Part shown: piece by piece, positions 1 to 14,169 of the stretch
Position numbering within the stretch: the stretch's first letter is position 1
Layout: the number at the start of each line of letters is the position of its first letter
NCBI RefSeq assembly: GCF_964204645.1
Contig: NC_134035.1
Location: 10,200,451-10,264,450, forward strand
DNA length: 64,000 nt
Reading direction: 5' to 3'
From: Tubulanus polymorphus
Taxonomy: Eukaryota; Animalia; Nemertea
Made by a program: the position numbers and the translations under genes
Notes under the pieces: generated by a model
Told to the model about the DNA's origin: nothing
The model's database searches: none
Seen by the model: only the letters and a program-made list of their open reading frames with translations

Positions 1-99
1 CAGAACTAAGTTGGTGTTAAACTGGTCTTGAATTTTAGGTATGACCGAAAAACTGGGTCCTTTTTGATAGATGCGAGTTATTCCTGAAATCCACTAGAC

Positions 100-138
100 T
101 ATATATATATATACATATATGTATACGTATACGTATAC

Positions 139-178
<40 letters not shown>
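100..178. repeat. (TA)n microsatellite with TAC/TACG interruptions
   Basis: Directly visible TA run. Confidence 0.95.
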
Positions 179-181
<3 letters not shown>

Positions 182-1619
182 GGTGGGGTCTAAGGGCCTA
201 ACAATGAACTGTATACATCAATGATGGCCGTGTTTCGTGTGTCACTGATTCAATCAGACGCCAAACGCAGTCAGAAGAATATATCTGATGATTTGGAAAC
301 ATGGAATTCTCCGACGAGACGACGACGACGCCGATGACTGAGGCCTGTGGTCAATCTACAATAATAACAACCTATACTAGACATTAAAGCACGTACTCAC
401 AAATACAAACGCGACTGAGAACACGAATAATTACATTGTAACATAAAACATAACAATCAAGCCGTGATACGTGTGTATGCGCGCGGCGCGAAATTCCATT
501 TCCGTAGAAAACGAAAACGGTAAGTGGTATCCGCGCGCGCTCGCATTCGGATAAAACACCGAGAGACGACAATAGATGAAAATCAACAAACCTTATCAAA
601 AGAACTCAACACCACCATCGGATGATTAAAGCGAAGGAAAATATGTATGCAGAAAAGGTGGTTGCGCCACAAAAACGACCAGATCGGAGATCCAAGAGCT
701 GATTGTTTTCAATCGAAGTTACAGGGTCTTGAAACTGCCAGCAACGCGGGTCTTCACAAGTCGCAACCGACATAACCTGCTTTTGTGACTGACTGACCAC
801 GTCTTGCAAGTCGACCCACGCCCAACTTTACTCTTTCCAACTACTTAACTGCCTTCTTGAAGAAAAGTGAAAGAATTGAAGTACAATCAACAGTTCTGAA
901 TTCAACTTCCGCGTTAAAAAATAATCAGTTCATTTTCAAATACAAATTCTATTTCAAATTCACACGCAAATCCTGGAGGGTGAGTTGGGCTTGTTATGAT
1001 AAATTCCACAATTCTAGCTAGTTCAGACAACGGCATTTACTCGCGTTACCACCGATCAAATAAGCTTGTCAGAAATTGAAAATATCTAACATTAAAATAA
1101 CCAGCCAGCCATGAGGTTTTTTAATCACAGATATATACAGTACCGACGATATGATATGCGCACATCAAGCTCGCCGGTTCAATGCAGGAAATTAAGACAG
1201 CAAACAATGGCGCCATTGTCATGCAAATATGTAATTATTACTGTTCAATGGTACAGCAGCAGAATCTAAGAAATGAATAAATACATTTCATATCACGAAT
1301 ATACACGTACGCGCACCACATATCAGATACAGCGGGAAATACTGAAAATTATTCAATTCCACGCAGAAACAAGCAATCAGTTTTCACAGCGAGACTGATT
1401 CTTATTACATAAGGTCAAAAGGCCGATACATTTTGACATTCATCACCCATCAGGAATCCACTATTTAGATCAGCTATTATTCAGATTGTTCGGAATTGAT
1501 GAAATTAATTCAGTTTTATGAAAAATATGGAAACAATGTATTTTACAAAGTTTTGCATATAGGTGGACCATGAATGACCCAGATTAGATCAAAATCTGGA
1601 TTACACCGATCTGAATTAA

Positions 1620-1983
1620 AGCCGCGGACACACTGGGCGATTTCGTCGCCGATTTTATGACCGATTTGATCGCCGACAGACCCGGACACACTGGGCGATT
1701 TCGTCGGCGACGAAATCGGCGAACAGCGCCGCTTATTTTGAAACGACCAGCTGCTAGCGCCACCTTTAATAAATCAAAGAGCCGTGATTGGCTGGTTAAT
1801 ATGGCGCTCGAGGCGACTGATCGCCGTACCCGGACACACTGGGCGATTCTGTCGCCGGCGACAGAATCCAACATGTTGGATTCGGGCGGCCGACTAAATC
1901 ACCGAAGGCGATTGCCCGGACACACTGGGCGATTTTACCGGCAATTTCGTCGGGCGACGAAATCGCCCAGTGTGTCTGGGCCT
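1620..1983. mobile_element. PIF/Harbinger-like MITE, TAA target-site duplication
   Basis: Left end AGCCGCGGACACACTGGGCGATTTCGTCGCC and right end GGCGACGAAATCGCCCAGTGTGTCTGGGCCT are ~31-bp TIRs. TAA lies on both sides (1617-1619, 1984-1986). The motif CGGACACACTGGGCGATT is repeated internally. AG..CT ends with a TWA TSD fit PIF/Harbinger. Confidence 0.8.
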
Positions 1984-2020
1984 TAAGCGGGTTTGAATGT
2001 ATTTTGGATCAACTATCCAA

Positions 2021-2150
2021 AGCCGCGATCACATGAGCGTTTTTGGCTCGGGCCAAATTTGGCCCGGACAACTGTTCACACTGGTGCCAAATGGGCCGGG
2101 CCAAATTTGGCCTGGGCAAAAACATCGAATCAGGCCAGAGCCAGATTTTA
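2021..2150. mobile_element. MITE family A fragment (AGCCGCGATCACA termini, GGCCAAATTTGGCCC subrepeats)
   Basis: Same terminus and palindromic subrepeats recur at ~4015-4246, 5078-5160, 8091-8318, 8345-8440, 16277, 17060-17185, 43848-43900, 46978-47070, 52250-52290 and 54468-54612. Confidence 0.8.
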
Positions 2151-3088
2151 GTTACCTTCACTATGATGGAACACTTAGTACAGTTGAAATTAGAAGACCG
2201 CAAATAACAATGGATGGCATTCAAGTTTTTTCATCATGACATTCAACTTTTTACATCATGCTACTTCTCAATATCTTTTGTTAGAAAGAAAGTTTTTATT
2301 TGCGGTAGTTTTTCTATCTAAGCCCCGAGAGCCCGGCTTTCATCGGTTTTTTTTTAAACGTTTCATTGATGAAATGATAATACCACGCGCATTACGGCAT
2401 AGTACGTAGGGGGAGGGAGGGGGGGTTAGAGATTAGATACTATAAAAGCCATTTTACGGTCGCCAGTCGCCGTGGCGCACAACATCATCGATGATGATTA
2501 TAAGTCAAAAGTTAAGTATAAGTTTACCGAACAAAAAAACAACAGCGCTCGCCGGATTAAGCGACAACTCATCTTTCAACCGTAGAGTCGTAGAACAATG
2601 CATTATACAGCGTACTCGTCGGCAAGGTTGTGCTCTTGCTATCGGGGATTATAACCGGGTACTGCCGTCATCCCCGAGCTGTAGTACTTATAGTTGTAGT
2701 CGCCGTAGTAAAAATCACTTTCAACGGATATCGACGAATTATAGTAACGCGAGCCCGTATTCTGTCGTCGTCGTTTTTTTTCCTTTCGTTTACTAACTGA
2801 TGATAGCACTTACGAAAACGTGATTTTTCTACTCGGCGGATTAACCGTTACTTAATCTACGATATGCCCCGCACATTTTCATCTTTACGATAATCGGAAT
2901 CTTGTAATTGTTTCTGCTTTCGAAAAAATGAACGCTTCGGATTTTCAAGTTTAAGCTTACGTAAGTAATTCAAGCTTAACGATAGTATGCTCGATGATGG
3001 CTATTCGATATTGGCCTAAACGTCACATCTTACAGAACATTTCGCCTTTTTCGCTGGGATTAATATCGTAAGATCTTCTGCTTATCCA

Positions 3089-3418
3089 CATGGTTCCCAC
3101 AGTTATATGAATTCAAAATTCCCAAGTTTTTCCCAAGTATTTCATGGGTGATTTTTCAATTTTCCCAAATGCAAATGAACACATATCGTCATGCTACAGT
3201 CAACATTTTAGCGGTGACTGGTTGATAAAAATGATTTTAAAGTGAAACTGCTGAAGAAAGTTGCCCTTGGCAAATGCAATATGTGAAATGTAATGCATTT
3301 CCCAAATATTTCCCTGATTTGAGGAAAATTTTTCAAATTCCCGATTATTTCCAAACCGGGAATTACTATTTCAAAATTCCCAAATTTTTCCCAATTTCCC
3401 TGTTCTGTGGGAACCATG
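3089..3418. mobile_element. MITE with CATGGTTCCCACAG TIRs and 6-bp TSD
   Basis: Perfect 14-bp TIR (CATGGTTCCCACAG / CTGTGGGAACCATG). TATCCA at 3083-3088 and 3419-3424. Internal TTCCC subrepeats. Confidence 0.85.
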
Positions 3419-4014
3419 TATCCAACAGGACGTGATTCCACAGTTCAGATTTGACTTGAATCAACTCTAGAGCTCGATACTACAGAACTGGATCCAGTAT
3501 TCTAAACGATAAGCCTAGTCCGGTTATTCAGTTTTCCACACAAAGCAGGCAAGATTTACATTTCCGCCGTTTCTATATAGAACGGGCCAAATTTCTTTTT
3601 ATTCTTCCTTCGAAACCTTAAACATGCGATACCATTTTCTTTCTTAAACGTTCACGTCTCGCACGCGTGTTCACCGGACGCCTTTTCTGCGATATCTTTC
3701 GAGTCAACGATATAATTCCCGACCTGCCACACCGCCGACTACGCTACGCGCGATCAGCCATTTTGGAATAACCATTACGATAATCCGGGCGTTTAACCTG
3801 CGCTGACAGGAGCCGCAGTCTTATAGTATTACCACGCCGTCGTCGTCGTACGACGCGATATCGATTTATAAATGGCCAGCGTTTATCAATGAATTCTCGT
3901 CGGCTGATCTAAAAGCTCGAGACACATAACACAGTACGCCACACACTGCTGCGGCTGAAGTCGTGGATGAGGTTTTTTCACCGTGTATTGGACGCTGCAT
4001 GCAATCACATGGCA

Positions 4015-4246
4015 ACGATTTGGCCCAGACCAAATCGGCGTGGATCAGGCCCCAGCCAAATTTGGCCCGTGTCTAATTAGAAAAGCGTGTTAACACGTAA
4101 ACCGCTCACACGATACTAAGCAATGATTAAACAGAGCGAAGTGAGTCACTTCTGGAACCAATTGCAATTCACACGCAATAATTTGACCAGAGTTTAAATT
4201 TGGCTCGGACCTTGGCTGGGCTAAAATGCTCATGCGATCACAGCTT
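4015..4246. mobile_element. MITE family A copy
   Basis: Aligns with 54488-54612 and ends in TGCGATCACAGCT, the reverse complement of the family terminus. Confidence 0.75.
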
Positions 4247-4450
4247 ATGTTCCTGTTCCTGGAATGGACCAAATTAATGTAATGAACATTCATACACACA
4301 TTTGAATCGGCTGTTTTCACTGGTCCAGCTACTGACAGACATCATGAGCGAAGAAATGGTCTGCCTTAAAATCTAGAATGTGCCTGGATTGGTCTTTTTG
4401 GTCGGTCAAAATTGGTCCTTTCTAAAATGGAACGAACCAATTTTGAACGG
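4246..4450. repeat. Dispersed repeat (GGAATGGACCAAAT family)
   Basis: Similar segments at ~41015-41330 and ~47080-47250. Confidence 0.6.
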
Positions 4451-4784
4451 CTGTAGTTCTTGTCAATTCGAAGTCAATTACTTTTTTAATGTTTTTTATA
4501 TTGCGTATCAGCTGAACTGATTCCCACAGTATTGTCAATGAACTGAACGGACCTACCTAGTAGTAGTAGAGATCAGATGGACAATAGCAATCGTGCCAAT
4601 TCACACAATGTCTGAATTATTCATTAAGCAGCAAAGTAGATCCTAATTACATTGTCGTCAGGGTCGGTACTGCACGGATTTTACGATTGTCACATTTTCA
4701 GATGGACATCGTCGCGACAATGAAGCCCGATAATTGAAACGATACTCGAGAACATCTTGCCGGCGTAATTACGAATTTGAGATT

Positions 4785-4897
<113 letters not shown>

Positions 4898-6132
4898 TTT
4901 GAAAAGCAATTGAACTCCCCTGCTCAAGAGCCGGGCAGCAACGGCTTTTATCAGGTGTCAACAAACCAAAGAAGCCTCGAAGTTTCATAACTGAAAGAAT
5001 GGCGATAGTGCAAGGAATGTCTGAGGAGGGGGCAGGTCCAAATAGGAGTTTGATAGATGAATTGAACCATATCAAAGCGATCGCACAGAGACGATTTGGC
5101 ACGGGTCAAACTGGCACCCGTTTTTTGACCTGGGCCAAAAGTGCTCGTGCGATCGCGGCTTGAGTCAGGGTAAGCTTCGATGTAAAGATGGGTCTAACAA
5201 AATAATCAACTTATGAGTGGAATAATATTTGAGTTCGTTCCGATTGAGTCGAACAAAGGGTTATAAGCGACATCAGTGACAGGAATGAGACAAATCTCAT
5301 CACTACTCTCAAAAAAATACTCATCGTTTAAATTCTAAGCATAGGCGCGCTCACGGCTCGGTCTCCATAAAAAAGAACCAACCCGAACGACAGCTGCTGC
5401 GGCCTCTCAGTAGGCTTACTCGTAATGGAGGCATGATCGCGTGTCCGGGCTCGCCGCTGTCGTTCTCTCCGCCGGGAGAAAAAAAAAAGTAAATGGCAGC
5501 GGAAGTCGACTTTAGCGTGATACATACAATAACGCTCGATTAGTGTATGTATAAAAGTGCGTACATACATCATGCACGGTCGGCGGCGTAAACGTGCGTG
5601 ATGATTCTGATAAATCTAGCGAGTTCCGGCGAACGGGAAGTCGGTTCGTATTGTTCGTCGCCGTTTGAGAGAAACGCCGTACGTATCCGCGCGGAACAGG
5701 ATGATAATCGGTAACACTCGCAAACTGACGACATCGATATACACACACATGACAATACGATATTCCCGAACAAAAAAGATAAAATAGCGTTTATACATTT
5801 TTCAATTACAATTGTTCGTAATGATTGCATTGTTGTATTGTGAGTGTAACCGGGAGTTAGATCCCCAACCAGATAGAAAACAACAGATGACGATTTCGAA
5901 GTCGCGAGTATGAATTATGAACGATTACGAACGATTCTATTATTATGTAGAATGAATTCATAAGCGCGACTCGCGAAAGCCTATTACTTTTGAAGCCTTC
6001 AGCGACGACCGACCACTTATCTTATATCGGATGAATATTCAGAAAAGACCTCGCGTAATTACGTATATATCAAAAGATTTCGTAATCATATCTTAAATAT
6101 GCGTTCTAAGAGATTCTATTGATATAACTTAC

Positions 6133-6205
6133 CGATACGATGACTTGAACGATGTTTTCTGATCAGATTGGACGTCGCTGATGAAGTCCTGTCCGTCTGT
6201 CCCGC
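6133..6205 (-). other. Candidate 73-nt internal exon of a minus-strand gene
   Basis: Minus strand reads tcttttcattgtcattttAG|GCGGGAC...TCGTATCG|GTaagt, with a pyrimidine-rich acceptor and consensus donor. Two frames are open (AGQTDRTSSATSNLIRKHRSSHRI or GTDGQDFISDVQSDQKTSFKSSY). Confidence 0.55.
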
Positions 6206-7048
6206 CTAAAATGACAATGAAAAGATACGATTGAATGAATGATCTATTTACTTATAATATGTACCAGATTATTAGCATAATTTCTTTGGATATAATTTCA
6301 TAGATAAATAGGTACATATATAAGGACAACCTCAAGCCCTAGGGGCTGAGCCGGATAGGGGGATTGCCCTGGGATATGAATGGTATGTCAATGGATAAAA
6401 TGAGTATTTCACTTTTTCTTGGTACATGATGATATATGATTTCTAAAACATGAACATCAGGCACTAAATAAAAATTTAGTGTCAGGTAAGACCGATACGG
6501 AGTGTCGTTTCCTCGACAATGGACCGAATCCATTAAAATGTCAACATACAGTCTTGAGCTTGTATAATAAAATAGTCGCATACGGTAACTTTATATGAAA
6601 ATTGAAAATATAGCGATTTTCATATTCAGTTTACAATTCCCAGTCGACTAGACGCAACAATAAAGACTTATCCTACGGATTGAGATAAATATCAAATAAA
6701 GTTCTAAGCAGTTACTAGAATTACAGCCATGCTAGATTCAAGCTTATGCGTGATGATGAAAACCTGAGTACAACTGAACGCAGCGTAAGTGAGGTGGATT
6801 CTGATTACACCGACTATTTTTCGAGTGTTTTAGATTTCATCGCTGTACTTATCTTACATATTATTAACGCGATAAATTTTCATAACTTAACGTTATTCGT
6901 GTTTCAAAAAGCTGAAGTCATTTCTAGGTAAAACTTGGATGTAAGTAAAGATGGGTGTAGGGCGACTGGCGCCCGTTTGCGCGACCCAATCGGTTGCAAC
7001 TGGTCTCAAATCAGCGAGTAAGTGGAGTCTGAAATGTCACTGTAGTCT

Positions 7049-7255
7049 CACGGCTTGCAACCTCTGAAAAGTGCCATCAGTTACAAGCTACATTTTTTTC
7101 AGGCACATTTCACTGGAATATGAAAATGTTCGAATTAATCAGTTATCAACCGTAAGACCCTCAGTAACATCTTCCACATTTCTGCGCGCACCAAACATAT
7201 CAAATCAGTATTTCTCTGGACAAATAGTAACAAAATACTGAAAAACAGGAACAGT
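7049..7255 (+). mobile_element. MITE family B copy (CAGGGCTGCCAAC type)
   Basis: Shares AATTAATCAGT..AAGACCCTCAGTAACATCTT and AATACTGAAAA..AGGAACAGT with 28673-28896, 32488-33209, 34165-34265 and 45135-45330. Confidence 0.75.
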
Positions 7256-8090
7256 CTCAGTGAGTGACAAGGGCAGTGTAGGTCGTGGTGTTGACTGAAA
7301 AATGGCCACACCACATAACAGGAAGTAGAACATGTGCAACGCATCATGATTGGGTGGTCGCGCGGGCTCAAGGCATGTCCCGTCATTGCGCTGGCGGTCA
7401 GAGAGAATTGCATTGCACCAGTCACAAATCTGGCCGGCCGACATACACCCGGCTTAAGCTAATTCAAGCCAGCAGTCCAGAACCACCCCGAGTCATTAGC
7501 TCTTGGACAAACGTCGAATGCCTGAGCAGGTAGGTGGGTCCTAGTAACAGTTTGATACTTGCGTCGACCCGCATTGCGAATGAATTACATCCATTCTTTT
7601 TATCTTAACGTCTTATTAAGTCCTAACTCAGTTAGCTTAACAAAGAGTTAGGTGACATTTCGTCCGCATCGAGAAAGGTGAACAGAGAGAGAGGGTGAGG
7701 GGTGAACAAGTGCCATGTCCAGCCATATATATGGTATTAGATTGTTGTTAGCCGGACATTTACGACCGAAATACCTTTAACTGTGCACGGATCGCCATTT
7801 CACGGTATAAATATCGCATTAACTCACCACCTTAGCACGGACGATATATGCACATATACAGGATAATAGTAAACAACATTCTGATTGCAGATACACGTCA
7901 AGCCGGCCCATAAAACTATACACGTATACATAAGTGTATTCAACGCCCGTAAATCTCCGCATCGGATCCTGAAGCAAAGCTATGATGACAGAAGGCAATC
8001 TCGACTGAGCAAGTAACCATCAAGAGGAAACTAGTTAAAAATACGACGATTTCTCATTATTTCCATTCTCTTCTCACCGATATAAACCTT

Positions 8091-8318
8091 AGCCGCAATC
8101 ACACGAACATTTTTGGCCCGTACCAAATTAGGCCCTGAAGAACTGTTCAAAGGCCTGTTTGGCCAGACTGAAGAACAAAGCCAAATCTAAGCACGGGTCA
8201 AATTATTGCGTGTGAATTGATTCCAGTGCCTTATTTCACTGCTCTCCAATAAGGCACGGACCAAATTTGACTCCGGCCATTTTGGCCTGAGTCAAATCGT
8301 ATCCGTGCGATCACGGCT
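8091..8318. mobile_element. MITE family A copy with both termini
   Basis: AGCCGCAATCACACG ... CGTGCGATCACGGCT inverted termini. Confidence 0.75.
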
Positions 8319-9974
8319 CTTGATTCTTGGCTGTACTCAACTAGGCCTGTTCACACGGGTGCCAAATGGCCAGAGCCAAATCTTAGCAAGGGTCAAATTG
8401 TTGCATTTGAATCGCAACTGGTTCCGGGGTGACTCACTTCTCTTTTCCCAAATTTTCTCCATGTAATCTTGGTCATACTCACTAGGGAAATGACTTAATT
8501 TGCTTGAGTTTTTTTGTGGGAAGTCGCAGCATCGGTTTTAGTTGAAATTGTCGGTTAACGACAATGTTACATCACTTTCCCCTCCCCCTAATCTCCACGA
8601 TATCAACAAGTCAATTATCCGAGCACATTCTGAAACCCGCTTACCCCTCCACATCATTCCCGCCATGAATGAAGCTTCTGTAGCGCTTACCGTTTATCCG
8701 CTAAGTTACTGATAAGACAATGATCGAGTTTGACTTATCTGAGCAGCCACTTTGCTCTTGTTTAAAAACCAACTTCGTATTATCCGTAGGGCAGTGATTT
8801 ACAACCAGTTTCTGACTTCATGATTGACATTTAATCGAAAATGCAAGTTATAGGTTTGTGGTCTATAACGTATGGCAAGCAAAATTGTTGTCAGGGTTCT
8901 AGTCAGCGGAAGATTTAGGGGGAAAGGGGGCACCGTGGCGTGTGCTCCCCGAAAATCAGGACCAGCATCAAGATGCATGTAAAAATGCATCTAGCCAGCA
9001 ACATTCATCAAAATCTTCTTGGGAAAGACAGCAAACTCCTTTCCTGGAAGACCGTCTTGTACACAAGTTTTTGATGGAATAGGGAATACACTGAACATCA
9101 TAGAAAACATTCAGTAAGACAGCGCGATTCTTCGTTATCTGGTGAGACTATATTCAAAAAATTTCGTTCCGGAAAGACGAAATTTCTAGAAAATAGAAAA
9201 GAACTGGCTTCAAACAATCTATGTGAATGCCTCTCATATGGCTCTGGATCAGATTATGAAATGATTCCGATTTCACTTGTTATCCGACCATTCTGAAGGC
9301 AGACATGTCAACCTTGCGACTGCCAAGTCGACGTAGACCTGATACACCAAGTATCTTCACTTATCTTTATGCAAAGTATTAGTTTAATTTCTTTGTTTGC
9401 ACGCACAGATTTTACATTTCACTTGTTTCTAAACGTCCTCATCGTTTTTTACTTTTCTCCCTGTATTTAACTCGTTGTTCGACTCATTCGTTATATGGAA
9501 TTTCTTTTTCAGCCTCAATCATTATATATACGATTAATCTACTACTGAATCGAATGCAAGAAAACCTGATACGACGACTCTATTTCCACGTGTACTCAAC
9601 ATCCAGTCATTCAACTTCAGAAGAAAAAAGAAACATCATTGCCAGGTAAATCGTCTACTACACTGTTCGTTCATTCGCGCACGTTGAAAGTTAAAAAACA
9701 CGCCTTTTGTAAGTGATACACTTTCAACTTGGATATAAGACGATGATTCTATGTATCGATGTTTTTTTTCGAAGCTATTAACATCTCGGCTCATTGAAAA
9801 CCGATCCGCTTTTGTGCGTTCATATATAACTTATGACTGTAACCGAAACCGACGACGCTACGCGTACCCAACGAGCGTACGATCACAAATCCCCCAATCG
9901 GGAATTAAATACTATGATACTATGAGCGGTGTTGTATCGCGTAGTAAGGTAAAAAGACGCTACGCCTTACACGG

Positions 9975-10165
9975 GGAGGAAGAGTTAAAAGAACTGAGAG
10001 AATGGAGAGGGAGGGAGAGAATGGAGAGGGAGGGAGAGGGGGAGAGGGAGAGAGTGGGAGAGGGAGAGAGGGAGAGAGTGGGAGAGCGGGAGAGGGGGAG
10101 AGGGGGAGAGGGAGAGAGCGGGAGAGGGGGAGAGGGAGAGAGAGGGAGAGAGGGAGGGAGGGAGG

Positions 10166-10206
<41 letters not shown>
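9975..10206. repeat. Polypurine (GA/GGGA) low-complexity tract
   Basis: Directly visible; source of the spurious ORFs at 9751-10356. Confidence 0.95.
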
Positions 10207-10207
<1 letters not shown>

Positions 10208-10584
10208 CTGGCAGGAGAGATCTGCATATTAACATATTATATAACGGTCTTTGTCATATCGTGTTTCCTCTCTCTCTCTCTCTACACTCGTTGGTCGGTC
10301 GGGTACCAGTTTTTCATATGTATACTTGTTATCTTTTGCACTGGAATCCAACGTAAACATACGGAACGAGTTATAGTTTTTTAGTACGTGAAATACCTAC
10401 CTGCCTCCAGTCAGTCAGTAGTAGTATATTTCCTGCGTTGTTATATAGAGTAATCTAAAATTAACCGGCCATTTATATTTATACGTACACGTAAATATAC
10501 GTATATACTTTCAGCAAAAAAAAAAAACTGAGAGGCATAAGCAACTACGTATGTATGTACCTATGTATTTATACACATGATGCT

Positions 10585-10956
10585 TATCAGGGTATATTTG
10601 GGGAACAGGGAACTAACTTTGGTCTCGATTAATAAATAACTACGTATCTAAGAAACATTAAGAAACAGAAAAACCAATATAAAAATAAAAACTAAGGTAG
10701 TATTTGACGTCTTTGGAAAATGGATCATTGAGTTGAAACGTCAAATATGCTCTTGTAGTTATTCTTCATTATCGGGGTATATAGAGAAACAGGGAACTAA
10801 TTTTGGTCTCCATCAACTAATAACTACGTATCTAAGAAACAATCAGAAACAGAAAAACTGACAATATGAAAAAAATAACTAAGGTAGTATTTGACGTCTT
10901 TGTTGGAACATGGAAAATTGAGTTGAAACGTCAAATGCTCTTGTAGTTATTCTTCA
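10585..10956. repeat. ~185-bp tandem duplication, each copy containing a TATTTGACGT...GAAACGTCAAAT inverted repeat
   Basis: Two near-identical copies (AACAGGGAACTAA...TAACTACGTATCTAAGAAAC...GTAGTTATTCTTCA). Confidence 0.85.
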
Positions 10957-11746
10957 CATTATTGTCGGTTTTTCTTCAAATAGAAAGTCAATTTTTACTT
11001 TTTGCCTCCATCGATCGTACTACAAAGGCAAAATTCTAATAAGACGACAGAACTTCGTTCTTGTGATCTCGCCCCGGTTACCTAACCGATCAGAGAGTCA
11101 GCAATTAACGAGCGCGCGTACGACAAACCACCGAAACAGAAAAAATTTGTACCAAAGATGAAGAAAATTTCGGTAAACTTTTTTCGAGTATTTGAATTTT
11201 GAACGACGAAATGGAATGTTTTAATATCGTGCAACAAGAAATAACCTTACGGTAGAACTATGTACTGGAATTCCATTCAAAAATGTAATTCATACGATGG
11301 ATCATTCTTTTTCAAAAAGTGTTGCATAAGTTTCAACTTATGAAAAACTTTTAAAATTCTTATAACAGAAGTCTCTGTTTTAAGATCTTTCAAGATTTTA
11401 AACGAATCTAATACAATCAATTCACGGCGTCTTAGAAACAGCAGGTTTACATGCCTTGCGATCGTGATTTCTACAGTTAAACTAATAGAAAAAATAAGTT
11501 CGGACTCAAAAGTAGAGAAGACTTATGATGTAATGAGACGACTTATCGGATGATGACTTAAACGCAAAGTTTGACATTTTGTTGCTAAATTGGCGTGACT
11601 GCTATTACATGTCAATTTTAAAATCTAGATATATTTAGAGTCGAACTGAAACCATTTTTAACGAGGAAAAGAGATCACCTCTGCCAACTTCTAAATCTTA
11701 ACACGAAGCGGAATTTCCCTGAACGCCCGCCAAAACATGAGCTTAC

Positions 11747-11838
11747 CTTTTGTTCATTCATAAAGCGCTGATGGATTGAGTAAGCGAGTTTTACTATAGT
11801 ATTTGAGTACTGTACACACATACACACAACACCTGACT
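11747..11838 (-). other. Candidate alternative first exon
   Basis: Minus strand has an Inr-like TCAGT at 11840-11836 and ends ATGAATGAACAAAAG|GTaagc, a strong donor. It could encode MNEQK in phase 0 with exon 6133-6205. Confidence 0.35.
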
Positions 11839-13441
11839 GAGAAAGCATGCTTGTATACTAGCATTTTACAACTTAAACATCTATGATGTTTTTTAGACAA
11901 CTGGGGACCGGCTCAAAATGATTTTACGCTCGTGTCTGCCCAAAAACAATTAACTTCTCTAACTCCGACACGGAATTCCCATCGGGACCTTAAGCGCATC
12001 TAACCTGGATTGTCGGAAACAAGATATATTTTTTACTCTTAGTTGCGAAATATAGAATATGATTTTTTGATTGGATATCTCCGAGGACCCATTAAACATG
12101 CACCATCCAACCGGTAAAAACTTCTTCTTTTTACCCCAAACTGCGCCAAGTTCCACAGTTGTGAATTAAAGTTTACACTTCGAGATTAATATTAGTCCAT
12201 TTCCAAGCATAAAACACCGGGAGGCAAATCCAACTGAAAACAGAATCGATGATTAGAAATATCTACGTTTTTTTTTTTAAAACCCGGTCAACGTGACCTA
12301 GATAAAACCATCACCTATACGGAGACGGTCCCTATAAATGGATAATCCCACTGGTTTATTTACCTGCCAAAGCTCACAGCTTGACTTAGTTACATGTTCA
12401 CTACAGCTTTTTAGTATATATGTATATAATTTGACAAGTAACAGCATATATAATTCAAAACAGATTTCACGCTCGCTCGGGCCGTAGGTACGTAGACACA
12501 CGAGCCATTCCCGCCTCTCCCAAAATATATCATCTAACCGCCTTTTAACAAAGAAAAACAACTGTCTATCTATATCCTCTATTTTTTTCTATTAGTTTCT
12601 CCAGATTTTTATATTAGCACTTAGTCCTACACACCTCATTATATAACTATTATAATATGGTTTCAGCGCTGCTAATACTAGTTTGTGGCTTCGCAATTAG
12701 GATATTGCGAGAAAGTCGTTTGAAACCAAATGTGGCAGTGCCATCATTCCTATAGATTTTGTCATACACTCTTTTTTTTAGAATTTTTTTCATTTTGGGG
12801 ATGGGGGGAGTTCGGTAGACCAGAGAAGGACCATCGAGGCCTATTTGGTGTCGATTACGAACCCGGGCACACCTGTTGGCAGCGAAACTGGGGGAAATAA
12901 AAAAATCAAAGTACAGGTAAAGTACATAATTGGAAATCCTGAAATGAGGGCGGTAGCAGGGGTGGATTTAGAGGGTAGTCTTCCCATTCGTCAAGACAGA
13001 GATCTATCGTCAAAACAAATTTGAGACTCATCCTCTCGGATATTCCATATTTTCAGATTATTCCTTCAAAACACCTGATACCGAGGATGGAACCCCGAAT
13101 AAATACAATTTTTAGCCTACGATGCCCTACTTTATCTGAAAGATGCCTTAGTCTTTCCTTCTGGACAATTCTCTTTCAATTTTCCTAGATTCGCCTCTAC
13201 AGTAGAAGACCGGTGTCACTTGCTAACTATCTGTTTACGATCGTCTGACGAGATGTTTCACTTTTCACTATTCGATGAAACTCTACAGTATGAATGGAAT
13301 CATACTCTGATTTCTTCGATAGCAAAAAATACCGCACGCACTACTTTACAAACAACTGGAATGCAAAACATTCGCAACCGATCTGATAGATATTTTCAGG
13401 CTAAAAATGATTAATATGTCAAATATAGATAGCTCCAAACT

Positions 13442-13684
13442 CAGGGGCGGATCCAATGAGAGGGTGCAGGGGGTGCGCACCCCCCTAAAATGTAAAGTTG
13501 CCCTGAAATCTTACAGAAAATATTTAAAAATACTAAAACCATACCTAAAAATTTTAAATTCATAAGCTTGATCTCTGTACTTTCAAAAATGAATTTATTT
13601 TCGCCGATGAACTTTTCAATCATATATGAAATGCCCTATTTTGGGGTGCAACCTTCGTGAATCAGACCCTAGATCCGTCCTCTG
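13442..13684. mobile_element. MITE with CAGGGGCGGATC termini and 5-bp TSD (hAT-like)
   Basis: CAGGGGCGGATCC ... AGATCCGTCCTCTG with AAACT on both flanks (13437-13441, 13685-13689). Related copies at ~12957-13200 and ~8903. Confidence 0.75.
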
Positions 13685-14169
13685 AAACTACGGGTTAAGA
13701 ACAGGAATTATCTTACTTAAAAAGGCACAAATTATGTAGTTTCTTTAGAGTAATGCAGTTTGATTGCTGCGAGGCGAGATGTGACATCTCCACACACAAC
13801 TACGTGTCGCTGCTGCAATTAACAAACAAACTATAGAATCAAATGTAAGTATAATCCAGTACCCCGCAGTTATCAATACAATGACTGACTGAATTACACA
13901 GATTCCCCATCAGCGTTCATCTGTAAACAGCTCAAACTACAAAAGATCTTTTATATCGCCGTAAATAGGATAGAAAAACGTTATTGTTCTCGAAGAGACG
14001 AGTTTTGTTTTACCAGTGATTACATATTGAAATCCACCCGGCGGGGTTTTATTCTTCCAGTTGCAAACGCTCTACTCACTCGTTACTTCTCTTTCTCTTG
14101 TTTCTATAACTAAAATTCAAGGCGACTTTGATAAATATGAATTCAGAAGCAGATCGTACCGAAGACGCA

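Noticed and set aside
9751-10356. 201-aa ORF and overlapping SL/ER-rich ORFs
   Set aside because: Translations of the GA-rich tract; the same applies to ORFs at 4698, 15127, 15152, 23480, 49910, 56216 and 60552
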